From: Gordius albopunctatus
Lineage: Eukaryota
Direction: 5' to 3'
Length of the DNA stretch: 64,000 bases
Assembly: GCA_964276515.1 (NCBI GenBank)
Contig: OZ193910.1
Span: 4,402,001 to 4,466,000, forward strand
The notes under the pieces are model-generated. The model saw nothing but the letters and a program-made list of their open reading frames with translations. It was not told the origin of the DNA and did not search any database. Numbering within the stretch: the first letter of the stretch is position 1; every line of letters begins with the position of its first letter. Made by a program: the position numbers and the translations under genes. Positions 25,151-39,850 of the stretch are shown piece after piece.

Positions 25151-25213
25151 CATGGGCGTATCCGGGGGGGGGGCTGCCCCACCCCCCTAATTCAAAATCT
25201 GGGTACGCCCATG
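25151..25213. mobile_element. 63-bp hAT micro-MITE
   Basis: catgggcgta ... tacgcccatg TIR. Perfect 8-bp TSD tttgctta (25143-25150, 25214-25221). Confidence 0.88.
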
Positions 25214-25405
25214 TTTGCTTATTAAATGACTTCCATTTCTCGTTAAAGAAGTAGTGTTTTATCAAAAAACAGGACCCTAAGTAACTATTTTTTAAAACTT
25301 TCTACATAATTAACTATTATCAACGAAGTCCCCTCCGGCTCATACGCGTAAGCGTCATTCTTTTTGGTTAGCGTTTGTCTGCGATGTGAATTTAATTAAT
25401 ACTTA

Positions 25406-25763
25406 GGGCTTGTCTTAATATCGGATTTTGCTGCGTAGCAAAAATCGTCCTACGAGTTATAACATAGCCGTGTCTTAAATTCGAATTCACGGCAGATTTG
25501 CATGTCAGACGCATAACATAACAGCGATTTTGAAGGATGCAAATTCTTTCCTAAGCTTAAATTTTGTATGTTTTTTAATTTTTAGGTATCGGAGAAGCTT
25601 AGATTTAATCTCAAGAGTTGAAATAAACAAAAAAACGTTTTTAACTATCAAAAAACAAAATATTAATAATTACAACAGAGTTTGGCGCATAAAATCGAAT
25701 AGAATATTTAGACAAAAATAAATTCGCGCGATTTGAATCTGAATCCGATATTAAGACAAGCCC
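25406..25763. mobile_element. PIF/Harbinger (Tourist-like) MITE
   Basis: TIR gggcttgtcttaatatcggatt / aatccgatattaagacaagccc. TTA on both sides. Confidence 0.88.
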
Positions 25764-26486
25764 TTAAATATACAAATCGAACATAACAAGGCAAATTTTA
25801 ATAAAGAACAGGCCAATTATGTTAAAGAAAGAAACATGCAAATTTTTAATAAATAAAAATTATAACAATTACCAAAAGTGCTTACAGCACCTAACTCTAG
25901 ATAAAATGCTGTCCTTAATATTAATTATGACGTTGGCATACTTAAGAGATAGGGTCGCATTAAAACCCTTCTCCTTGTAAATTAAATCAAAACATGATTA
26001 TAAAATTCATGATAAGCATTAAAATAATAGCTTGGATAATTATATAGATAGTTGTTTTAAAAATATATTTTGCTAAAAATTTCTTTGTGATGATAAGCTA
26101 ACGAGAAAGTATCAATAGATTTAACTTGCTATTATAAAATTGTGAAGTTTAACTTCTAATTTATAATAGGAGATGATAACAGAGTCAAAATAATCGAGGT
26201 GAGTGGGGGCACTGCATTCTAAATAATTTAGGCATCTAAGACGGTCAAATCAAAGCCATCCCACAGTCAGCTTTAAAAAGCGACTGGCACCGTCATATTA
26301 AAAGTTGGAGGCGACCTGAGGTTTATCCATTCATTCTATGAGAAAAAAGATCTCTTAATGATCTATGATTTTACATGCATTAATTTGTTCTCCCCTTCTA
26401 ATCAATATCGTAAGCCAAAGCTCTTGCCGATGTTCGCAACTTAAAAACCCTTCTTAAGTCTATTTTTATTCCCATACCCCTTATAC

Positions 26487-29398
26487 CAGTGGCGTAAATA
26501 TTTAAAAAAATTTATAAAAACTTTTTAGATTCAAAGTTTTTATTTTATAGTTACAATAAATGACTAAGTAAAACACTTATTAATTTATTTTTAATAATAA
26601 ATTAAGTAAATATTATTTTCCGTTTTTGAATTAAATTTCGAACAAAAGACTATGAACCATTATTGTCTTTTTCCTTTTTCAATTGTTCACTTGCAAAATG
26701 AAAATTTACGATTATTTCCCCAAAAAATCATCCGACACCACAGCTGGTAATTTGTTATTCTAAGAATAATTAACTATAATGATTTATGTTGTTATTATTA
26801 AGTGATAATAATTTAATGCTTTTTCTATTTATACATTTGATAAAAAAATTTTAAAAAATGAAATTTTTAGCTATATATTATTTTTGTGAAAATTTATTTA
26901 TATTTATAAAAATAAATCATGTTAGTTTAATCTATAATTTCTTAAAGACTTTTTTATTATATTATTTATGTATTTTATACTTATAGAAGTTAGCCAACAA
27001 AATTTATCACAAGATACTATTGAGACTGGCATTTTACCTTTAATAATCAAACCAAATGGTATTTATAATTATACATATTTTCTAAGTTTATGAAAAGTTG
27101 ATTTTGTATTTTAAATCTTTTTAAATAATTAAATTTAGATTCAAGCGACCCTTTCCCTTATGACATAAGTTTATATGTAAATAATAAAAATATTGAAGAG
27201 GATAAGCTAGAACTACATGATAAAATTTATCAACCCATTTTGTTCAATTTTCCTCGTTATACCACACTAAAAAAATTAAAATTTCAACACTCCTGGTTCC
27301 AGAAATGGAGCTGGCTTGTCTATTCGCCAAAGTAAAATTGGGTGTTCTGTAAAACATGCGTACTTTTTGGCCCAAAATTTGGTGGAAAGGGGCAACAAAA
27401 GTTGAAGGGGCTAGTTTCTGAACCATTCAGAAGATGGAAAGATGCTACGGAAATTTTTAATTTACACCAAAAAAATTTATATCACATAGACTCAATACAG
27501 ACAGACATATCTCTAAAATCAATTAGAGATGGGAAAAAGCTTTGTATCATGAATCAATTGGACTCCCAGCGCAAAATGCAAGCTAAAGAAAATCGATTAA
27601 AGATAGCTCCCATCATTGATACTATTTTGACATTGGGGATTCAAGGATTCTGGACCTATTAAATCTGATGTACAAGATAATAATTCCGATAATTTTAGGG
27701 CCCTCTTAAGATACCAGGCTAATGGGGACCCAGTACTTTCAGACTTTTTGAAAAATGCCCCCAAAAATGCCCTTTACCTAAGTCTTCATTTTTAAAATTA
27801 GGTTATAACCATTTGTAATGAATTAATCCTCAATAAATTAGTCAATAAAATTAACAAATCTCCCTTTTTCACGATTCTCTGTGATGAATCTATGGATATT
27901 TCAGGGGTAGAGCAAATGTCCCTTTGCGCCCGTTATATTGATACTTCAACGTTAGCCATAAAAGAAAATTTTTTGCAATTTGTCCCAGTTATTGACACAA
28001 CAGAAAAGGGGCTAGGAGATTTAATTATCAAAAACATAAAGGATCTAAATATTAATATAAATTTGTTAAGAGGCCAGGGCTATGATGGGGCCCGGAATGT
28101 GAGCGGGAAGTTTAACGGTGTTCAAGCATGCATAATGAAAACATACCCTACGGCATTGTATCGTTAAATTTAGCTATATCAGATGCCTGCACCATTCCCA
28201 CTATACGGAATTGCATGGGTAATATATAGATTATATTTAAAATATAATTTTTTTAATAGGGATTGTTTCTAAAGTTTACGATGTTTTTAAATATCCGAAA
28301 CGTCGTCAGGTTCTTATTGAAATGTTAGCAAAATTGGAAGACAAACCTCCTATAGAAAAATTAAAGCAAGTGTGTGCGACCCGCTGGGCATAACGGCACG
28401 ATGCCGTTTCCATCCATATTTTACTTCAAGATGCCATATATCCGGCATTGGAAAAAATTTCAAACTGTTATGACCGCGCTGTTGCAACAGAAGCTGCAAC
28501 GTTGCTCACTTCTCTGCGGCAGTCAGAATATTTAATTTCCCTTTTATGCATGAATAAACTATTTGGCTACACATCTATTTTATGCAAGCAATTGCAAAAA
28601 AATGACTTGGATCTTCAACAAGTTACACAGTTGGCGGAGACTTTAGTAGATCAAATTAAATTAATCAGAAACAACGTTGATGAAGAGTTTCAACAAGTTT
28701 TTTTAGTCGCTGAAGACAAGGCCAAGTTGTATGATTTCGAGCTCAAAAAACCTCGGTTTGCAAAAAAAAAAACTTGTAGAAGTAACATTAATACTGAATC
28801 CATTCAAGAATACTACAAAATTACTATATTTATACCATTACTTAATATTTTTATTACACAATTGAATGAATGGTTTGAATGAACGGTTTTTGGACAAGGA
28901 TCTCCAAGAGACTGTAAAGATCTCATAGCAGAATTCAATATCTCGTATATGGCCTTATCTAAGATCTCAGAAGGATCTCGTCCAAAGAATCCTTTAAACG
29001 CCTTATCCGAACATAATATATTAAAATCCCTACCAAATATAACGACTCTTCTATATCTATTAGCCTGCCTTCCAATCACAACGTGTACTAATGAACAAAG
29101 CTTCTCAACGCTGAGGAGGCTAAATACTTACATTAGAAATACCATGTCTAATAATAGATTAAATGGATTGGCTTTATTGACATTTCATCGGGAGTTAGCT
29201 CCTACTCCCGATGAAGTTCTTAATATTTTTTCAATGGGGAAAAGAAAATATAAAGTTATTTTATAATAACTTTCTTTTTATTTTATATGCAAATTTTATA
29301 TTTTTTGAATTTATATTTTTGTTGTTGAAACAAAATGCTATAAATTTTTTTTTGAAATTTCCCCCCCCCCTCTTGAGAAAATCCTGGCTAGGCGCCTG
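26487..29398 (+). mobile_element. Near full-length hAT transposon (TTF zinc-finger / DUF4371 type) with a decayed, intron-containing transposase
   Basis: Ends cagtggcgta ... taggcgcctg. TSD ccttatac / ctttatac (1 mismatch). Exons from ATG 26698 (26698-26746, 26987-27058, 27139-28218, 28260-29266). Motifs: WLVYS..FCKTCVLF, CDESMDISGVEQ, GQGYDGA, TCTNEQSFSTLRR, RLNGLALL. Contains several stops, frameshifts and deletions. Confidence 0.92.
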
Positions 29399-29736
29399 CT
29401 TTATACTGTGATTATACACTTCCATTTCTATATTATTCCCTTTTATTTTTATTAAAATAACGATCAATTTTTATTGAAAAATTATAATTAAGTTATTAAC
29501 TTATAACATATTCATAATAGAAAAAGAAGAGGATCTACTACTTGTATGACGCTCTTTCTATATAGATATAATATATGTAAATTCTTATATTTAGAAATAT
29601 ATATTAATAAATCATCTTCAGGTCAAGAAAATTGTTATATTTTCCTTGGGTCCTAAAAATAAGCTTGGAACGCATTTCTACTTGTCATAACCTACGTTTG
29701 ACCTGACATACATACTTTTAAATTTCTATAATCTAA

Positions 29737-31114
<1,378 letters not shown>

Positions 31115-32758
31115 GCCATCACACCTTCTCATTGCTGTTTGCAATTCTTTTCCTAAACTATGTTGTCCAATGCAATTTTTATTTTTGCTTAATATTGTCC
31201 AATGCAATCGTTTAACTCGCTTTACACATTTCCCCCCTTTAAATATACACAAATTTTAAGTTTTAAATCTTGTCCATAATACTTTGCTTTACTTATTGTT
31301 TTCTTGTTTAAATTTTTTTTGATGGTTTATGTTGTGTGACCCGGTAAATTGAATACTCTTTAATAACATTTACACCTCTTTGTTTTGTTGCCAAAAATCT
31401 CCATTGGTTGTTATGTCCTTAGAAAATTGAGCTAGAATAAATTGTTTATTTTATGTGTCTTATAATTACATCATTTTAAATAAATACTAGATGTTGGAAT
31501 CGTTTAAAACGTTGCTATACAACAATAATATTTTAATCCTAAAGGAGCAACATTTTAAATTCAATTCATTTTTTAAACAATACCGTCTCTTAAAAACATT
31601 TCTATTGCCATTATGTTCTAATCAAAATATTCAAAGGTCTCCGCGAGCCTATCTAATTTTCGAATAAAATGGTCTTAATCCAATAAAAACTATTCGTTTT
31701 CATGATTCATTTTAATAGAAATGAAATTATTTTAATCATTTGATTTGTATCCATTCCGCTTAATTCAATCGTTTTCGAAGTTTTTTTTAACGATTAGGAT
31801 AATTTTTAAATTGCCGAGAAGCTATAGATAGTGAAACAATAATACACTTGAATCTTTTTAATTGAATTTATTTCTAAGTTCATTTTAAGGGCCACTATGA
31901 CCCAGAAGTTAAAATTATATAAGTTTTGACCTGCAAACATACACCTCTAGTATTAATTTTTTGTTCGCAATTTGTCTTTAGACTTTAGAGCCTATAAGTT
32001 AAATTGTTGGTAATCCTACATCATCCAAAAAATTAATACTTTTTAAACAATTTTAGATATTGTTGTCATTATATTCAACAATAAATTGACATTAAGAAGT
32101 TGTAAGGAAATTAAGTGCTGACACAGCAAAATATCAATTTTTTAAAGTTATATTTTATTGTTGAAACATAAAGTTTTGAGCGATTATATTTTTTGGTGCT
32201 GAAATTTTGATTATTTGGCCCGGCCAACGGCGGGTAGATCCTTGTTTGGAAAAGAAAAAATTTACAGGCTGGGCTCGGGCGGCCCAAAGAAGTTTCATAA
32301 CGGGCCTAAAGTTCTGTAAATGGTCCTGGAATTTATATGAAATTTAAACCGACCGCAAAGGGGCTTTAGGAAAAAAAAATGTCAAAATAAGGATTCTTAG
32401 TATTTAAAAAAAAGTTGATGCCAAAATTTAATTAAATGGCATTAAGCCGTTATAAAAATGGTGTTTATATCTAAATGGCTTGCTGAAAAAAATTACAGAC
32501 GCATCCAGGCGGACAAGACCCATATAAGTCCTTTTCACTTTTTATATTGAATAATTACTGCACTTTAAAATTGGGTGAATCCAGAAGGATGTTAAATATA
32601 ATTTTCCGAGCTACTAATTCTACATTTTTTAAGTGGCAGTAAGACAAAATCTTTCGTAGCAGATGCAAAAAAGTTTACTAATGTTCTCTCTGTACTGTCT
32701 TAGGCAGTGTTCTACCCCCTTTCCTCAGAAAAACTTGCCCCCCTGTCTGTCTGTCTAA

Positions 32759-34207
32759 GTGTTTGTCTTAATATCGGGTTTTGCTGCGCGGCAAAAATAG
32801 CCGTGTCTCAATTTCGAATTCACACCAGATTTACATCTTTGAAGCATAACGTAATATAATAGCGATTTTGTAAGATGCAAATTTTTCCTTAGGGCTCGTC
32901 TTAATATCGGATTTTGAAGCACAGCAAAAATCGTCATATGTGTTTTAACATAGCCGTGTCTTAATATCCGATTTGGATTTTAGACGCATAACATAACAGC
33001 GATTTTGTAAGATGCAAATTTTTTTCTACACTTAAATGGTGTAGGTTTTTAATTTTTTGGATATCAACAAAGTTTCGATTTAACCGAAAGAGTGGAAATA
33101 AACAAAAAAAAACGTTTTTAACTAAAAAAACAAAATATTAATAAGTACAAACGAGTTTGACCCAAGAAATTAAATCGGATATTTAGACAAAGATAAATTC
33201 GCGCGATTTGAATCTGAATCCGATATTAAGACAAACCCTTAGGCTTAAATGTTGTATCCATTTAATGTTTTTAGGTATCAGCAAGGTTTGGATTTAATCA
33301 AAAGTGTTGAGATAAACGAATAAACTTTATCTAAAAAATTATAATAACGAGTTTGACCGATCAAAGTGAATCTGAAATTAGACCAAAATAATTTCGCGCG
33401 ATTTAAATCAGAATTTGGTATTAAGACAAGCCCTAACGTAACGCTACGTTATACATCGCACTTTTTAAGCCCCCTGTCTTAGGGCTTGTCTTAATATCGG
33501 ATTCAGATTCATATCGCGCGAATTTAACTTTGTCTAAATATCCGATTCAATTTTATGGGTCAAACACGGTTGTAATTATAAATATTTTGTTTTTTGATAG
33601 TTAAAAACGTTTTTTTGTTTATTTCAACTCTTGAGATTAAATCTAAACTTTACTGATACCTTTAAATTTAAAAACATACAACATTTAAGCCTAGGAAAAA
33701 TTTTGCATCTTACAAAATCGTTTTCATGTTATGCGTCTGAAACGTAAATCTGCCGCTGTGAATTCCAAGTTAAGACACACGGGGCTATGTTATAACCCTT
33801 TCGACGATTTTTGCTACGCAGCAAAATCCGATATTAAGACAAACCCTTAGGACTTGTCTTAATATCGGATTCAGATTCAAATCGCGCGAATTTATCTTTG
33901 TCTAAATATCCGATTCTATTTCATGGGTCAAATTCGGTTGTAACTATTATTATTTTATTTTTTAACGGGTAAAAACGTTTTTTTGTTTATTTTAACCCTT
34001 GAAATTAAATCTAAACTTTGCTGATACCTAAAAATTTAAAAACATGCAACATTTAAGCGTAGGAAAATATTTGCATCTCACAAAATCGCTGTTATGTTAA
34101 GCGTTTAAAATGCAAATCTGCCGAGAATTCCAAGTTAAGACACGGCTATGTTATAAACCGTACGACGATTTTTGCTGCGCAGCAAAATTCGATATTATGA
34201 CAAGCCC
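32759..34207. mobile_element. Cluster of four Harbinger/Tourist MITEs (same family as 25406-25763)
   Basis: Copy A 32759-33433 (TAA flanks) contains nested copy B 32892-33238 (TTA flanks). Copies C 33482-33846 and D 33850-34207 are in the opposite orientation and separated by a single TTA. Confidence 0.9.
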
Positions 34208-34519
34208 TTAATATACGATTTATCTTAAAAGCGCCATATTTTTTTGTCCTAATATGTGATTTACATGTCGTGGAATCAACAATTTAAGTTTAGTTACTAT
34301 GTGAATATGCATTAGTAAGCCTAATTAAAGGATATATATTTGTTTTATGAACAAAAACACAGCAAAAATTCAAAAATGGCGTGACGCACTTAATAAGACG
34401 CGGCTATGTTTTAACATGCATTCGCTTTTTTAATCTAGATTCAAAATCGCATATCGAAACACCCCATAAGAACAATTGTAAGTGCATCCCCCTCCTTAGA
34501 AATAATTGGTGTTACATAG

Positions 34520-34776
34520 CAGATGTGAACAGTGTTAGAATGGAAAAGTTTAAGGAAGAGGGAGGCTTTGCATGTGTTTCATCATCTGAAAAGGGCATTT
34601 GATAAAATTCCTATGACATTGTTTGTGAGATGTCTCCGAGAAAACAAGTAGCCAGAATTAGAGTGAGGGCCGTAGAAGATATGTAAAAAGGGAAAAACTA
34701 TTACTGCACTAGGGACAACAAAGTATTTCGGCATTAGTACTGAAACCCATCAAGGTTCAGCGCTTAGTCCTTTCCT
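34520..34776 (+). pseudogene. Degraded RTE-clade LINE reverse-transcriptase fragment
   Basis: Frameshifted remnants read MEKFKE, ALHVF, LKRAFDKIP, VRAVEDM, HQGSALSPF, matching RT motifs typical of RTE elements. Confidence 0.7.
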
Positions 34777-36504
34777 AATAATTGCTATGCAATTAATGGG
34801 CTCACTTTAGGTCGTCCTTCCTGTCCAACTTGGATCCATATAATGAGATTTATGATTCTGTAAAAGACTATAATATGCTTTCCTTGCTAAGGACCGCCAT
34901 TCAACTTTTCCGACCTCGCCCGACCCCAAATTCCCTTTTTTGTCCCCGACTGATTACACTTATAAATTTATTTTTACAACTTGTCTAACTAATTGCTTTA
35001 TAACAAATAATTACAAAACTGGCTATATAATTCACTTGAAATTAATGATAACCGTTGCTAAATCTACCAAAATCTCTTAATTGCTATGCAATTTATGGGC
35101 TCGCTTTTTGTTGTCCGTCCGTCCAACGTTCTTAATTGCTGGTTCGATACCCGGAGAGGGCAAATTTTTTTTTAATTAAATTAATATATTGTTCTTGTTA
35201 AAACCCTTGATAATATGACCTTTTGACCATGTCCTGGCTACTGATCAATAAAAAAATAACCATTGCCCAAAGTGTGAATCAATTTTTTTCCGTTTTTTAA
35301 ATTGCTATATTGGGTTAACATTGATAATTACCTATGCCCCCCCCTACAAGGGCCTATGCATCTACTGATATGGGTCCCTGTGCCGCCCCCCCCCCCCCAC
35401 AAAGGCTTATGTCTGTTATATTTTGAAGAAAAAGAAAAGATGTCGTTGTTTATCCACTGTTGAGTTTGAGAGTAAAGAGGGAAGTTGTTGTTGACGAATT
35501 GTTGTATTTGGAGAGGAAAGAAGTTGTCGTTTGATTGTTGCCTTTGTTGCCTACCGTTGCGCTTGTGGTCTAGTTGGGGCTATGTGTCTACAGGTTTTTA
35601 ACTGCTACCTCGAATCTTTAGTCGTAAGCGCTAGGGTATGGGATAGGGGTCCTTCTGATTAAATTCGAGGGATTACTTACTATGTGATTAGATTGGCACT
35701 AGACGTAGTCAAGAATTTATTTCGTTTATATCCGAATTGATAATAAGTATAGACAGGAATTTATTCGATTTATTGTCATATATATGTAGCGGAATATCTC
35801 GTCGGGGAACAGTGTTTCTGGTATTATCTGTACGTGGGGGGTTCAAGGGGTACAATAAAAGTGTTGCAGCAGCGGTTCGAGAAGTTATAGGGGATACGGC
35901 GGCACAACTTAACGGGAAAAAGTTTCGGGTTATCAGATGATTAAGACGTGGGAAAAAAATAGCGAGGAAAAAATATATAATTAATCAATTTTAGGGATTT
36001 TTATCTTTCCCCAACTCCTAACCCTGGAGTTTATAGACATACTTAAACCAACCGCGGCATCATCTCAAACTTATCCAAACTTATTTCCCAGTACGTTGAT
36101 CTTAATGGTCCACCTACGTGGAACATTCCCAACATTAACTATGCACATTAATCTTAACATTTACCCCTACTAAAACATTGCCCTCTTTTAATTTTCAGCC
36201 CACCCACCCAGAGCATTCCCCTCTGCAGATATATTGGTAAAACATAATTAAGGCAGGTCTTATTCAATCCCAGGTATTCCCCAACTTTAATTACCCACAT
36301 TAATCAATAACTAACTTTTCCAGCACAACATTCCAAACTCAAATAGAACAAAAAATCGATACTTAAAGGACTACCAAGGCAGGGGCAATTAGGGGGTGGG
36401 GTGAGGTATTTAAAGCCTCTACTGATGTGGGTTCGAATCCCGGAGAGGGCAAATTTTTTTATTTTTTTTAAAATTAATATATTGTTCTTGTTAATACCAT
36501 GGAT

Positions 36505-37856
36505 TAGTGTTGTAAAAAACCAAGGTTTTAGATTGGTCGCCTGCAAGGGTTAGCGTTTTTTCCCCACCAAACCCTTTCAGTGTTAGGTGAATTTTTTTGG
36601 TTCACCCTTGGTGTATTGGCGCTTTTCACACCCATACACCAAGGGTGTTAGGGTGAAATTTTTTGGTTCACCCTTGGTGTATTGGCTCTTTTCACACCCA
36701 TACACCAAGGGTGTTTGGGTGAAATTTTTTTGGTTCACCCTTGGTGTATTGGCGCTTCTCACACCCCTAACACCAAGGGTGTTTGGGTGAAATTTTTTGG
36801 TCGACCTTTGGCGTTTGGCGTTTTTACAAAAAAACACGTTTGGCGTTTAGGTGAATTATTTTGGTAACCTTTTGGTTTGGTTTTGGTCGTTTTGGGTTAT
36901 GTATGGAAATATGTGACGTTTTTAAAATTTTTGTATATAATAGTTATTTATTTTTGTAGGAAATATGAAATGACGTGACTAATTGAAAAGTATCATACTT
37001 GTTAGTTATAATCAACCTATAATTTGTTCCAATTGGTATGCGATGCATAATTCATGCTGATCATTAAAGGTGTATTATAAAAATATTTTTTTCACCTGTT
37101 CAATGTTAAACAGGTGACAAATGTCAAAATCTTTAACATCTATTTAAATGAATATTTTTTTCTGCAAATTGGTTCATTATAGGACTAAAAAAAGTTTTAA
37201 ACTCGAAAATAATATTTTTTCACCTGTTAAATGTAAAAGAAATGACAAATGTCAAAATCTTTAATATCTATTTAAATGAATATTTTTTTCTGCAAATTGG
37301 TTCATTATAGGACTAAAAAAAGTTTTAAACTCGAAAATAATATTTTTTCACCTGTTAAATGTAAAACAGGTGACAAATGTCAAAATCTTTAATATCTATT
37401 TAAATGAATATTTTTTCTGCAAATTGGTTCATTATTGGACTAAAAAAAGTTTTAAACTCGAAAATAATATTTTTTCACCTGTTCAATGTGAAACAGGTGA
37501 CAAATGTCAAAATCCTTAATATCTATTTAAATGAATATTTTTTTCTGCAAATTGGTTCATTATAGGACTAAAAAAAGTTTTAAACTCGAAAATAATATTT
37601 TTTCACCTGTTAAATGTAAAACAGGTGACAAATGTCAAAATCTTTAATATCTAGTGTGAGAAGCGCCAATACACCAAGGGTGAACCAAAAAATTTCACCC
37701 TAACACCCTTGGTGTATGGGTGTGAAAAGCGCCAAAACACCAAGGGTGAACCAAAAAAATTCACCTAACACTGAAAGGGTTGGGCGTAATTTATACACCA
37801 ATTACCAAGCTTGGCAACACGCTGGGAAAAACCAGCCAGCCGTTTTTACAACACTA
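36505..37856. mobile_element. Non-autonomous hAT-like element with palindromic 66-67-bp subterminal repeats and an internal 128-bp tandem array
   Basis: TIR tagtgttgtaaaaa / tttttacaacacta. TSD ccatggat / ccatagat. Region about 36570-36700 is inverted at about 37655-37782. Confidence 0.85.
37081..37652. repeat. 128-bp tandem repeat, about 4.4 copies
   Basis: cacctgtt recurs at 37093, 37221, 37349, 37476 and 37604. Confidence 0.95.
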
Positions 37857-38162
37857 CCATAGATAATATGACTTTTTGACCTTCCGCTGGCTACTGACCA
37901 ATGAATAACATGACCATTGGCCAAAGTGAGATTAAAATTGATTTTTTTTCTAGGTTATAATTATAGGTTAGTTATTTGGCTGTCATTAGAAAAAATGACC
38001 ACTGGCCAAATTGATGGAAAAAATGACCAATGGCCAACGTCTGATTGGAAAATGTTTTCGTTTTTTAAATATCTTGTTTATACTATACATATGCGCATGA
38101 TTTGAATAGAGTCTATAGTCATAATTCAAAATATGAGTCGCCTACACCAAATTGTTTAAATT

Positions 38163-39850
38163 CAAGGGCGTAGCCAGGATTTGCTGAAGGGGGGGGTTTA
38201 AATTTTGGAAGTAATTTTATTTTCGACATATATTATTGAAAGTAAAAATACAACAAAAATAAATTATAATATAACAAAATATTTAAAAACTATAAACAAT
38301 TAATATCGACGTTTTTTAGATAAAAATGCATTAATAATATCTTCTGTTTTGGGCGTATATTTTCTATGTACATTTAACAAGGTTAATCCAGTAAGCCTAA
38401 ATTAAAAATTAGTAAAACCATTTAATATACCTTTCTTGTCCCATTGTGTTCCTGAGGTAAGATTTAGTCTTTTTAAAGCTGAAAAACATCTCTCATTAGA
38501 GCATGTTGTAACGGGGAGTGTGGCTAAAATATGGTATAATGTTTTTATATTTGGATGTAATTTTAATTTGGACGCATGATTGGTTAATGTTTCCAATGCA
38601 GCATTGGTAGGCAATTTCTCTAATTCACAGTCTTTGAACGACTGATACCACAATATAATATCCGATTTGAATTGTTCTTGACAGCCGTCAAGATCTTCTT
38701 CATAAAAATTTACCAATTTTAGAAAGTTATTTAATATCTCTGTTGAGAGCATGACAGGGGACTTAATTAGAAGGGAATCAAATCCCAACAGTATTTGCTT
38801 GTTTTTTAGAAACCTTTCATCAAGATTCAAGTTCCACCAAAACACCATCTAAAAAGGAGTTATACAACGAAACTCTGTAATAAGTTTCTGGACAAGATGT
38901 TTCAATGTTTGAACAAAGAGTTTGTCGTGAGGCTCTCTTATGGATAGTAATTTTGAAATCATATATATCTCCTAGTGACAAGAAATCATTGTAGATTGTT
39001 CTAAATTCATCTTGGGAATTTTCCCGCAAATGTTTAATCTCTATAAACGCATTTTCGGCTGCATTTATGGCCTGAGAAAGGTCTATATTAATCCTTTGCA
39101 AATAATTGCTAAAGTTAATAGTTTAAGAGAAAATTTGATTTAGCATGTACAAAGACAGCCAAAAGTGGCATGTCCTTAATGATTAAAGCAAAATCGCCGC
39201 GTTGGACGATGATTCTTCATCGTACCATTCACACATCTGCTCCAAGGTAGCAAATATTGCTTCCTTCGCTTCACAGAATCTTTGAACCGAATTGTGCTTT
39301 TGTGTCCATCTAGTTTCACACAGTGATATTAATTTTGTGAATTTAGGGTTATCCGGCAATGACAATACTTTAGAAGTAGAAAGATTAAATCTCTTGGGGG
39401 TTGATATAAAATCAGTGATTTTTTTGACAAAACCTTTTAAATAAATATAACATAAATAAAGGATTTTTATAACTAACAATTACTTACCACTTGTTAGTGT
39501 TTGTTCCTCCTCTACTTCAGAATTAGCACTAGTTGTATCTTTCTCCTCAGAAATGTTACTCTTTTTAGGGAAGTATGTATAAATGGAATATCGCTTCATA
39601 TTAAGATGCGGAACTTAATTTTATAAATAAGATCAGTTTTGGAAGCTTTTAATCAAAAATTCAGATTCCGAAATTCAAAATTTATTAACTTGTTGACTTA
39701 ATTTTTTGACATATATAAATATAGACGCAGAAATTGACACTAGCTAAATTAATTATAATTATGATTTTCAATAATTTTGTGTTGTGTTTAAAAAAAATAA
39801 TATCCAAAGGGGGGGAGGTTCAAACCCGCCCCCCCTTCCCTACGCGCTTG
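38163..39850 (-). mobile_element. Internally deleted hAT transposon with a spliced transposase remnant
   Basis: TIR caagggcgtag / ctacgcgcttg. Perfect TSD tttaaatt (38155-38162, 39851-39858). Motifs: LCETRW, TLPVTTCSNERCFSALKRL, RNTMGQER|LTGL. Introns at 39434-39487 and 38397-38430. Confidence 0.93.

Noticed and set aside
35420..36350. Coding-like composition inside the Helentron-like region (possible captured fragment)
   Set aside because: No sustained ORF or recognisable motif.
36583..36870. Regularly spaced palindromic repeats resembling a CRISPR array, and the ORFs over them
   Set aside because: The 'spacers' are themselves repeated, there are no cas genes, the context is eukaryotic, and the array is the subterminal region of a TSD-flanked MITE.
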